Assembly (NCBI GenBank): GCA_047974525.1
Contig: JBKECJ010000007.1
Span: forward strand, 36,508-100,507
Direction of reading: 5' to 3'
Length of the DNA stretch: 64,000 nucleotides
Origin: Candidatus Saccharimonadales bacterium
Lineage (GTDB): Bacteria; Patescibacteriota; Saccharimonadia; Saccharimonadales; Saccharimonadaceae
Part shown: piece by piece, positions 19,372 to 27,477 of the stretch
Position numbering within the stretch: the stretch's first letter is position 1
Layout of the letters: each line of letters opens with the position of its first letter
Position numbers and translations under genes: made by a program
The notes under the pieces: model-generated
Database searches by the model: none
What the model was told of the DNA's origin: nothing
What the model saw: only the letters and a program-made list of their open reading frames with translations

Positions 19372-20114
19372 AAAGAAATTTCCTCCTTTTTGAGTGAATC
19401 GCGGATAACTTTCATCCACGCTTCCAATGTGGTCTGGCTATTGTCGTTCTGCTCACTAATCAAATCAGCGAGGTCGGCTAGGAACTTCTTAATATTATCA
19501 AGCTCCACCTGATTGCTTTTGAGTACTGCTTGTATCAACTCCACATGAGTCGAATACTTTTCATCACCCGCAAAAACGGCGTCGTCGTCCATCTCGGACA
19601 CAATGCCACGGTTGATTACCTTCCTGAAGTTTTTGCAGATAAACTGCTCAACCTCATTGAGTAATTCTTCCGTATTACGCAGGTAGTCGGCCTCGTTCAA
19701 ATCGAGGAGATTCTTAAGTCTTTCTTGCCTATGATCCATTGAGTCCATTTGGCTCTCACACTTATCAATTTCGCTCGCGAGATCAGGTCTCTGCTCCTTG
19801 AGCTTGATTAGCATGCGCCGGATATCTGCCGGATCATAAGTTTTCGCAGAATACGACAGCGTCGATTTCGACTCTGCCATTTTCTCTTGTTCGATTCGCC
19901 GATCTTCCGCTGATTTTGCCAGTCGTGCTCTAACAGTCGGTATAATACCAACTCCCGTAGCAACGATGCCAGCAGCGACAGCGATGTAAGGCACTATCGA
20001 AAGGATTGAGAACACTCGTATTCCCAACCCGATTACAATTGCAGTTTCGGCGGTCTTCACGATAACCAAGGCAACAATGCCAAGAGCTATCAGGCCGAGA
20101 CCTACTTTCTTCAT
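19368..20114 (-). CDS. membrane protein with two N-terminal TM helices and a cytoplasmic coiled-coil; XpaC-like
   Basis: Start at MKKVGLGLIALGIVALV (ATG 20114, RBS AAAGGAGG). Architecture, and adjacency to a TelA/YaaN homolog, recall the Bacillus yaaN-xpaC pair. The longer track ORF overlaps the neighbouring lipoprotein gene and is rejected. Confidence 0.4.
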   Translation of the reverse strand: MKKVGLGLIALGIVALVIVKTAETAIVIGLGIRVFSILSIVPYIAVAAGIVATGVGIIPTVRARLAKSAEDRRIEQEKMAESKSTLSYSAKTYDPADIRRMLIKLKEQRPDLASEIDKCESQMDSMDHRQERLKNLLDLNEADYLRNTEELLNEVEQFICKNFRKVINRGIVSEMDDDAVFAGDEKYSTHVELIQAVLKSNQVELDNIKKFLADLADLISEQNDNSQTTLEAWMKVIRDSLKKEEISL

Positions 20115-20163
20115 CGCGAATCCTCCTTTTTCAAGAATTTCATGCATGTTAATAGGTGTTATT

Positions 20164-20499
20164 TCAGTTCGATATGAGCACGAGATAGCGCTCCCAGGTA
20201 AGGGGCTTTCCATCTTCGGGGTCATATAAAGGAGCGACTCCCGTAAGGGTATCACCCTCGCCGGCGTCGTTGCGGTCGTATCCAATATACATATAATTGG
20301 TCAACCTCTCGCGAAAGACCGTGTAGTATCCGCCCTCGCTTTCGGCAACTTTTACAAAGCCTACTGCGCGTTCGGTGTCTGCAAAATCCTCTTGAATCGG
20401 TATCGCCACAACATCATTTGGGGCTGGAGATGCTCCGCAACCCGCTAACATGCATGATACAAAGACCATGATACAAACTAGCGTAGAAATCCGTTTCAA
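20164..20499 (-). CDS. small lipoprotein
   Basis: 111 aa; signal peptide with lipobox MLAGCGASPAP. Confidence 0.55.
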   Translation of the reverse strand: MKRISTLVCIMVFVSCMLAGCGASPAPNDVVAIPIQEDFADTERAVGFVKVAESEGGYYTVFRERLTNYMYIGYDRNDAGEGDTLTGVAPLYDPEDGKPLTWERYLVLISN

Positions 20500-20518
20500 A
20501 TTTCACCCTCCCTCTTTC

Positions 20519-21622
20519 TCAAACTGTGCGCGGTGTTGTCAGCCGAACTTTTAGCTGATTCTCAATTTCGATCAACTGCTGCTCGGCAGCAATGCGCTTT
20601 TGTCTGCCTTCTTGCTGGATCACCAGTACTTCGTCAAGCGTCGAGATAATACTTTCGTTGGTCTTGACCAGCGTTTCGATATCCACGATTCCGCGCTCAG
20701 ACTCCTGAGCGGCCGCAATCGTATTCTGCTTGAGTAGCGTCGCGGTCTCGTTGAGCAGCTCGTTGGTTACGTTTGTAACCTCGCGTTGCGCTTCGATTGC
20801 GCGTCGGGTATGCTGCATGCCGAGGGCAAGTAGCATTTGGTTTTTCCAGAGAGGTATGGTGTTCGCGATACTGGTCTGAATCTTATCCGCCATAATCACG
20901 TTCGTATTCTGCACCATCCTTATTTGGGGCGCCATCTGAATACATATCGTCCGCGTCAGCTGCAAATCGTAGATTCGCTTCTCAAACCTATCGCATTGCT
21001 GCTCAAGGTCGCTCGCGCGTTGTGCGTCTTCCTGCGAACCGCTAAGTGCGGCCTTTTGTCGCATTTCCTCAAGCTCGCCCGTCCTCACCTCTTCAAGCTT
21101 TTGCTTGCCGGCAAGAATATACATGGTAAGCTCTTTGAAGTACTGCAGGTTGCTCTCGAAAAGCGAGTCCAGCATAGTGACGTCCGCGAGTAGTGTGAAT
21201 CTGTGACCTTTTAAGTCGTCACAAATCTTATCTACATTTGCGCTTACGTCGGCATACTGAGCCTGCAATTCGGCAACGATGTTCTTGCCCTTCTGGAACA
21301 GTCGAGCAAGTCCTTTCTTCTCCTCTGTCGGCCTGAAGCCTCTGATCTGAACCACCAGACCGGAAATCATGTCTCCAACTGTGTCCAAATCCTTAGCTTT
21401 TACGCCTTTGAGCGCCGAGTCCGAAAACTGCGACGACTTATTCTGCGACGATTCGCCATAACGCGAAATTGTTGTCGTGTCATGGATATTAATCTTCGCC
21501 GCGAAGTCCTTGATCTTCTGGTGTTCCTCAGGGGTTAAATTTGCTGCTTCCTTCTCGATGACTGCAAGTTCCGTGGGTTTAGCTGCGGTTCCGGTTTCCA
21601 GAACCAATTCAAAATCAGACAT
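20519..21622 (-). CDS. TelA/YaaN-family (toxic anion resistance-like) protein
   Basis: 367 aa, all-helical. N-terminal ...LTPEEHQKIKDFAAKINIHDTTTISRYGESSQNKSSQFSDSALKGVKAKDLDTVGDMISGLVVQIRGF matches the conserved TelA/YaaN N-terminal region. RBS TAAGGAGG. Confidence 0.7.
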   Translation of the reverse strand: MSDFELVLETGTAAKPTELAVIEKEAANLTPEEHQKIKDFAAKINIHDTTTISRYGESSQNKSSQFSDSALKGVKAKDLDTVGDMISGLVVQIRGFRPTEEKKGLARLFQKGKNIVAELQAQYADVSANVDKICDDLKGHRFTLLADVTMLDSLFESNLQYFKELTMYILAGKQKLEEVRTGELEEMRQKAALSGSQEDAQRASDLEQQCDRFEKRIYDLQLTRTICIQMAPQIRMVQNTNVIMADKIQTSIANTIPLWKNQMLLALGMQHTRRAIEAQREVTNVTNELLNETATLLKQNTIAAAQESERGIVDIETLVKTNESIISTLDEVLVIQQEGRQKRIAAEQQLIEIENQLKVRLTTPRTV

Positions 21623-21699
21623 ACCAGTTCCTCCTTATCAAACTGAATTTTAACAAATACGAGGTAGGTGCAAAAAAAAGAGACCAACCCTATCCCCTA

Positions 21700-21728
21700 A
21701 TTATACACCAACTCGGCGATTTTGTCAA
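21700..21728 (-). promoter_or_regulatory. consensus sigma70-type promoter of the TelA-lipoprotein-XpaC-vWA operon
   Basis: Minus strand TTGACA (21728..21723), 17 nt, TATAAT (21705..21700), about 70 nt upstream of the TelA ATG. Confidence 0.6.
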
Positions 21729-21773
21729 GAACAACTCTGTTATGCTTGCTTCGTCTTATCTGTTAACGTGCGA

Positions 21774-21808
21774 CAAAAAAAGACCCGATCTCATTGATCG
21801 GGTCTTTC
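21774..21808 (-). terminator. rho-independent terminator immediately downstream of rpsJ
   Basis: AGACCCGATC-TCATT-GATCGGGTCT, a 10-bp stem, followed on the minus strand by TTTTTTT. Confidence 0.65.
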
Positions 21809-21822
21809 CAATATCTAAGAAA

Positions 21823-22155
21823 TTACATCTTAATTTCGGCATCAACACCAGCTGGAAGCGATAGATTCTGCAAGCTATCGATAGTTTTTGGCGTTGCGTT
21901 CATCACGTCGATCAAGCGCTTGTGCACTTTCATCTCAAACGCCTCACCACCGGTCTTGTAGACGTGTGGGGATTTCACAACTGTGAAGGTCGAACGCTTG
22001 GTAGGTAGTGGTACTGGACCACTCACAGTAGCGCCTGTACGGATAGCCGTATCTACGATTTGTTTTGCTGATTGGTCGATCACGCGGTGATCGTATGCCT
22101 TTAGGCGGATGCGGATTTTGAGGCCAGCATCTTTGGTTGCTTTAGCTTCTGCCAT
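21823..22155 (-). CDS. rpsJ: 30S ribosomal protein S10
   Basis: 110 aa; ...[42 protein letters not shown]... S10. Confidence 0.9.
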   Translation of the reverse strand: MAEAKATKDAGLKIRIRLKAYDHRVIDQSAKQIVDTAIRTGATVSGPVPLPTKRSTFTVVKSPHVYKTGGEAFEMKVHKRLIDVMNATPKTIDSLQNLSLPAGVDAEIKM

Positions 22156-22242
22156 TTTTGCTCCTTTGTGCTATCCCTGTAACCTCAGATTAGAACTAGA
22201 CGTCTAGTCGATGAGTTATCGGAGATAAATCATTTATTTAAT

Positions 22243-22272
22243 TGTGTATCGAATTATATATAAAATATCAAA
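22243..22272 (-). promoter_or_regulatory. sigma70-type promoter of rpsJ
   Basis: Minus strand TTGACT (22272..22267), 18 nt, TATAAT (22248..22243). Overlaps the T-tract of the upstream gene's terminator hairpin GCCCTCGG-TAATATA-CCGAGGGC (22280-22302). Confidence 0.55.
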
Positions 22273-22317
22273 AAAAGTCAAGGAAAAAGCCCTCGGTAAT
22301 ATACCGAGGGCAGATTT

Positions 22318-22866
22318 TTACGCTGGTGTTTTCAATAGCATCTTGTGATGCGCTTTCATCCAGCCATAGTACGCCATTTTAATATCAGCTTCAAGCTGAT
22401 CTAGCTCGTCCCAGCGAGCTTTATTGAAATTCCTGAATTCATTATGATGCAACCAGGCTCCGAACTTCAGCGTGTCGCCTGCAATGCTAAGTGCATGTAT
22501 CTCGCTACCACACCCCCACAAAGCGCACCCCTCCTCATACGAGAAGTAGGCTTCGCAAGCTCCAAAGCAGGGCTTAAACAACGTGGTGCCCCGGACGTTA
22601 GCAACGGTTGGCGTGGCGACGCATATGCAGCCGTTGTACCACCGATGGTCTTCGCCATGCGCGTAGAAATTGTAATCGATATACACCGACAAGTACACGG
22701 CCGGCAAACCGTCGACAACTACCGACCGAATCTCCTCCTCGATCAGCCGCTGCAGGACGGATTTCAACTCCCTACATTCATAAGCACGCTCGCGCGCGCC
22801 ATAGTAGCTCTTGATTGCCTTGAATGCTTTCTCCTCAGCGTAGCGACTCATAAGCTTCATTTCCAA
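22318..22866 (-). CDS. hypothetical Cys/Trp/His-rich protein
   Basis: 182 aa ORF bracketed by terminator hairpins; ...WYNGCICVATPTVANVRGTTLFKPCFGACEAYFSYEEGCALWGCGSEIH...; no family recognised. Confidence 0.5.
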   Translation of the reverse strand: MEMKLMSRYAEEKAFKAIKSYYGARERAYECRELKSVLQRLIEEEIRSVVVDGLPAVYLSVYIDYNFYAHGEDHRWYNGCICVATPTVANVRGTTLFKPCFGACEAYFSYEEGCALWGCGSEIHALSIAGDTLKFGAWLHHNEFRNFNKARWDELDQLEADIKMAYYGWMKAHHKMLLKTPA

Positions 22867-23035
22867 TTTCTGTTTCCCTCCCTAAACACAAAAAACGGCG
22901 CTACTAGATTGAACTCCCATGGGACTCAATACTAAAGAACACCTCCATTGTAGGTAATTATAGCACACTAAACATGAATTGTCAATAATAAAGAAAAAAG
23001 CCCCCGAGCATAGAACTCGGAGGCAATTTTTAATC

Positions 23036-23593
23036 TTAGATATCGAAGCCAATGACGTATTGATTGTCATTGCGGCCTGGCTTGATCAGCCAGTTGTGAT
23101 ACAGCTCGAACACGTCATCAAGCAATCGTATCGTTTTCGGCTTCCAGCCCTCATTGGGGTTTTCGTTCTGACGGCAGATAAAACAACCTTGTACCAAGAA
23201 TCTGACAAAAACTCGTTCTGCCTCAAGTCGATCAGGCAGCACAACGTATTTACAGAATTGCCCGCTACAATCTTCGAGGTCGCTTTTCAGCAGTTCGTTC
23301 TTGAAGTTGATGGTGGGCTCAGCCGGACCTAGTTCGCTATCTTCGCCAGGGTTGAGCGAGTAGAACTGCTCAGCCTCAGGCGATGACGCAAATGCAAAAT
23401 GCGTCTTGTAGTGAGGTCTCTTCTCGTCGAGGCGCTGTCCGACCAATGATATGATCAGTACGCAATCCTCCAGTTCCGAATAGCCCAAGATTTCTCTGCA
23501 CTCAGTAATAATTTTATTGAGTACCAACTGAGTCAGCTCTGCATCCCCTCCCTCTGCTTTTAGTGGATAAATTCTCGGATAAATAAACTCCAT
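23036..23593 (-). CDS. hypothetical protein
   Basis: 185 aa ORF with a downstream terminator hairpin GCCCCCGAG-CATAGAA-CTCGGAGGC (23000-23024) and a T-run; no family recognised. Confidence 0.5.
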   Translation of the reverse strand: MEFIYPRIYPLKAEGGDAELTQLVLNKIITECREILGYSELEDCVLIISLVGQRLDEKRPHYKTHFAFASSPEAEQFYSLNPGEDSELGPAEPTINFKNELLKSDLEDCSGQFCKYVVLPDRLEAERVFVRFLVQGCFICRQNENPNEGWKPKTIRLLDDVFELYHNWLIKPGRNDNQYVIGFDI

Positions 23594-23746
23594 ATTGGCA
23601 TGACCTCCAGAAATTTTTTTGGGTAGCCATAGATTAAAAAATTAAGTTACGCCCCCATCTAATCATTATACCACACCACTAGCGTTTTGTCAATTAGGCA
23701 TAGAAAAGGCCCAACAAGAATATGTCGGGCCCACAGCAAGGAGGTA

Positions 23747-24364
23747 TTAGGAATCAATGTCTATATCAAAACCTTTGAGCGAATTGACAAGCGAATCGAT
23801 ACCTAAATACCAAGCTACATTGAGACCGCATCGCAGGGCGGATTCCAGATTCTCTCGACGGTCGTCGATAAATAATATCTCAGACGGCAGTAGCTCCAGA
23901 TCGCTCACTACGTATTCAAACGCACCATCATCGGACTTTACCATGCCGATGTCGTTCGAAAAGTAGCAGGCGTCGAAATAATCGAGTAGCTCACTAGTAT
24001 TTCGGATGTACTCTACCCATTCGTGCAGGTTATCCGAGAATAACATTAGTGGGTATTTGCCGCGCAGTCCATCTAGCACGCGGATAACTTCTTGGTTTGG
24101 CTGGTTAAGATTCTGGCGGATTAGCTCCATCAGTCTTTCGGGCGTGATAGTCCATCCTGTACCTTTCAACAGGTGGTCGATGATGTATTCGCGCTCAGTC
24201 ATTCTGCCGCGCATGAGGTTTAGAAGCGCCTCGTTTGCGATGCGTCGCTGCTCCATGAACTCCTCGGGCTCTATTGGGAACTCCGCCGCAATTAAATATT
24301 CAACACCGTCGTACCCCGTCGCAACCACTTCCCCGTAGTCAATAATTATTGCTTTTATTGCCAT
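23747..24364 (-). CDS. HAD-superfamily hydrolase
   Basis: Start at MAIKAIIIDYGEVV (ATG 24364, RBS AGAGGAGG). Motif I-like IIIDYGE and motif IV ...ILFIDDRRENLESA. Confidence 0.55.
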   Translation of the reverse strand: MAIKAIIIDYGEVVATGYDGVEYLIAAEFPIEPEEFMEQRRIANEALLNLMRGRMTEREYIIDHLLKGTGWTITPERLMELIRQNLNQPNQEVIRVLDGLRGKYPLMLFSDNLHEWVEYIRNTSELLDYFDACYFSNDIGMVKSDDGAFEYVVSDLELLPSEILFIDDRRENLESALRCGLNVAWYLGIDSLVNSLKGFDIDIDS

Positions 24365-24492
24365 TAAGTTGCCTCCTCTAAAATAACTACAGTCACTATA
24401 TGCGTATACCGTCTCTATAATTATAACATAATTGTGCGAAAACAAAATAGCCACCCCTGTAGGAGTGGCTAAATTTGCTCTCAACTAATAAA

Positions 24493-25677
24493 TTAGTCAA
24501 GAATCTTGGTGATAACACCAGAACCAACAGTCTTGCCACCTTCGCGGATAGCAAAGCGGTCGTTGTTGTTCATAGCAATTGGAGCCATCAACTTCACCTT
24601 GAAGGTAACGGTGTCGCCAGGCATGACAATTTCTTTGTCTGCTGGAAGTTCGACTTCGCCAGTAACATCAGTAGTTCGGAAGTAGAATTGTGGCTTGTAG
24701 CCCTTTGAAAATGGAGTGTGGCGGCCACCTTCCTCTTTCTTAAGGATGTAAACCTCAGACTCAAAGCTGGTGTGTGGGGTGATCGAACCTGGCTTGGCAA
24801 TAACCTGACCACGCTCAATATCATCACGCTCAATACCGCGGAGGAGAAGACCAGCGTTGTCGCCAGCTTGACCTTCGTCGAGGGTCTTCTTAAATGCTTC
24901 GATACCGGTAACAACCGACTTCGTAGTATCTTTAAGACCAACGATTTCAACTTCGTCGTTCAATTTTACGATGCCCTGCTCGATACGGCCGGTAGCAACT
25001 GTACCACGACCCTTGATCGAGAAGACGTCTTCAACTGGCATCAAGAATGGCTTGTCGAGCTCACGTGGTGGCTCTTCTACCCATTCGTCAACAGCCTTGA
25101 CGAGATCCATAATAGCCTGTTCGCTATCTGCATCACCTTCAAGAGCCTTGGTTGCCGAACCCTTGATGATTGGAGTGTTGTCGCCATCGTAGCCATATTT
25201 GCTAAGAAGTTCACGAACATCCATCTCAACTAGTTCAACTAGTTCTGGATCAGCAAGATCCATCTTGTTCAAAAATACAACGATTTTTGGTACGTTCACC
25301 TGGTGAGCAAGAAGTACGTGCTCACGAGTCTGTGGAAGTGGGCCGTCGTTTGCAGCAACCACGAGGATTGCGCCGTCGATCTGAGCAGCACCGGTAATCA
25401 TGTTCTTAACATAGTCGGCGTGTCCTGGCATGTCCACGTGAGCGTAGTGACGCTTCTCGGACTCATATTCGTTGTGAGAAGTTGCAATCGTAATACCGCG
25501 CGCCTTTTCTTCTGGGGCGTTGTCGATCTGATCATATGCAACCGCTTTGTTTACTTCCGAAGGAAGTTTCTTTGCTAGCACGTTAGTGATAGCGGCAGTG
25601 AGAGTAGTTTTACCGTGGTCAACGTGGCCCATTGTACCAACGTTTACGTGAGGTTTGCTACGGTCAAAATTTGCCAT
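24493..25677 (-). CDS. tuf: elongation factor Tu
   Basis: 394 aa; [15 protein letters not shown]..., [18 protein letters not shown]. Promoter-like TTTACT-17-TATAAT upstream (25761..25733, minus). Confidence 0.95.
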   Translation of the reverse strand: MANFDRSKPHVNVGTMGHVDHGKTTLTAAITNVLAKKLPSEVNKAVAYDQIDNAPEEKARGITIATSHNEYESEKRHYAHVDMPGHADYVKNMITGAAQIDGAILVVAANDGPLPQTREHVLLAHQVNVPKIVVFLNKMDLADPELVELVEMDVRELLSKYGYDGDNTPIIKGSATKALEGDADSEQAIMDLVKAVDEWVEEPPRELDKPFLMPVEDVFSIKGRGTVATGRIEQGIVKLNDEVEIVGLKDTTKSVVTGIEAFKKTLDEGQAGDNAGLLLRGIERDDIERGQVIAKPGSITPHTSFESEVYILKKEEGGRHTPFSKGYKPQFYFRTTDVTGEVELPADKEIVMPGDTVTFKVKLMAPIAMNNNDRFAIREGGKTVGSGVITKILD

Positions 25678-25830
25678 AGTATTTTTTTCTCCTTAATTAA
25701 TAATTTCTGGGCGCTAATATTGACCAGCCCAAGATATACACCATATTATAGATAAGTTCTTGTGTAAAGTAAAGGGCAATAAAAACAAAAGACCCCGACT
25801 GGCTGTCGGGGTCAATTGCTCTAAACTCGC

Positions 25831-26388
25831 CTAGAGCGCGGGCGTGTTAGAAAGGATAGAAATGGGGGCGCTGATGCCAGCCGGTAGACCAGTCGGCGTG
25901 CTTTCGAAAACACGCGCCAGCCTCTCAACTGCATCAGTCTCCATCTGTTCGATGGCATCATCGAGCGACAAACCGCCGCGCACCAAGCTCTGAAGAGTCT
26001 TCAGATCCAGTTCGCAGTCGTATGCCGCGTTAATGATATCGCAGCCAAATTCGTCGCCGATCTTCAGGGCATCGTCAACGGACATACCTTCCCTGATCCT
26101 TTTGCTGATCGTATCGGTCGGTATGCCGTGGATTTCTGCCAACTGGTAAAGATAGTACATCTCGTCGCAATACGGATACTGCAACTTGCCTTCGCTGTTT
26201 CTGATGATGCCGCGTTTGGCAAGTTCTGCATCGCGAGCGCGGTTTTCCTGACGCTTCTTGTCGCGTGGCGCATTTTTCAGCGCACGCTCCTGTCGGCGTT
26301 TGATAACTTCGGGCTTGTCATCGATACCGGTTACTCGAATGTTCTCATAGGTATCGCCAATTTTCAGATTAAGTTCGTTTATTCTCAA
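25831..26388 (-). CDS. hypothetical protein
   Basis: 185 aa ORF followed by terminator hairpin GACCCCGAC-TGGCT-GTCGGGGTC (25786-25808); basic/acidic helical, no family recognised. Confidence 0.45.
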   Translation of the reverse strand: MRINELNLKIGDTYENIRVTGIDDKPEVIKRRQERALKNAPRDKKRQENRARDAELAKRGIIRNSEGKLQYPYCDEMYYLYQLAEIHGIPTDTISKRIREGMSVDDALKIGDEFGCDIINAAYDCELDLKTLQSLVRGGLSLDDAIEQMETDAVERLARVFESTPTGLPAGISAPISILSNTPAL

Positions 26389-26616
26389 GGCGTTAGCCTC
26401 CTATAAATATAATATCTATATGAATAGCTCGTTAAAGCTAGAAAAATGGGTTATGGGTACTCGGTTCTCCTTTCTAATTTTTAAACACACTATCATCCCA
26501 ATCGATGATCATTATTCTATTATATCACACTTTGCCGAAAAAAGCAATACTGCTTATGTTCTTCTCGGGTAATTGGGCAAGAAAAAAGGGCGAGATTATA
26601 TATCTCGCCCCATGTG

Positions 26617-26955
26617 TTACCGGAAAAACTCAAAGCTCATTACTTTGGTAGTTCCGGTCTTTGCGGCCGCCTTTTGATAGATGTATTCGCCACTTTTCAG
26701 CAGCAAGTTTATCAAGTCGGGCGACTCACGGAGGAGCTCGTCATAATTCGTGACGCGATAGTACGCCAGATGTCCGTCATACCAATATGTCCGACATAGG
26801 GCGTATGGCTGACCTTCTTCGTGGAAGAAGGACGTGTGCGAGTCGTCGCGGATGAAGAATTCTCTCGGATTGGTCATTTTTCGCTCGACTAGCTCACAGC
26901 CACTTGTTTCTAGTTCTGCTTTCGCCCACGCAAAAGCCTTTTTACCCAGCTCCAT
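26617..26955 (-). CDS. hypothetical protein
   Basis: 112 aa ORF; no family recognised. Confidence 0.4.
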   Translation of the reverse strand: MELGKKAFAWAKAELETSGCELVERKMTNPREFFIRDDSHTSFFHEEGQPYALCRTYWYDGHLAYYRVTNYDELLRESPDLINLLLKSGEYIYQKAAAKTGTTKVMSFEFFR

Positions 26956-27048
26956 GAAAAACCACCTCCTAGCTATCTATGTACTGGAGGTGGTATTATA
27001 GCATACTTCTCGCTAAAAAGCAATAGTATTTATGCTAGCGGTTATTTC

Positions 27049-27429
27049 TTACGATGCACGACCGAAAGAAGCACCACGGTTGCCTTCTGGATTGCCAAGC
27101 GCGTCTTCACGGCTATTATGTACGAAACCTTCTTTATCGATGAAGTGCTCAGTCGAATTTGCGGCCTTTGCTGCTGCCGAGCCGAGTTCCGAGAAGCTCA
27201 TTTCTGCTGGTTCTGCGGTCTCGCCGCTCCCGCCAGCCTCTTCTCGATCAATATCTTCTAGGATCTTCTGCAATATCGCATCATTCTGCTCCAGATATTT
27301 CATGACCTTAGCCTGAACTTCTGGGTTGTCTGCGAATTTCTCTTTTTGCCCCTCGAGATATGTATTGTCCTCTTGCACTTCGTCCCACCTCTGTTCTGGT
27401 GTTTGCGGTGCGGCTTCAGGATTTTCCAT
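27049..27429 (-). CDS. hypothetical acidic protein
   Basis: 126 aa, Glu/Asp-rich; immediately upstream of fusA in the same orientation. Confidence 0.4.
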   Translation of the reverse strand: MENPEAAPQTPEQRWDEVQEDNTYLEGQKEKFADNPEVQAKVMKYLEQNDAILQKILEDIDREEAGGSGETAEPAEMSFSELGSAAAKAANSTEHFIDKEGFVHNSREDALGNPEGNRGASFGRAS

Positions 27430-27477
27430 ACAATTGCCTCCAATAATTAGTTTATGTTTTTATTTTAACAGATAAAT

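Noticed and set aside
19368-20285. 305-aa form of the XpaC-like ORF
   Set aside because: N-terminal 57 codons overlap the lipoprotein gene 20164-20499 in another frame and lack an RBS; internal ATG at 20114 has AAAGGAGG.
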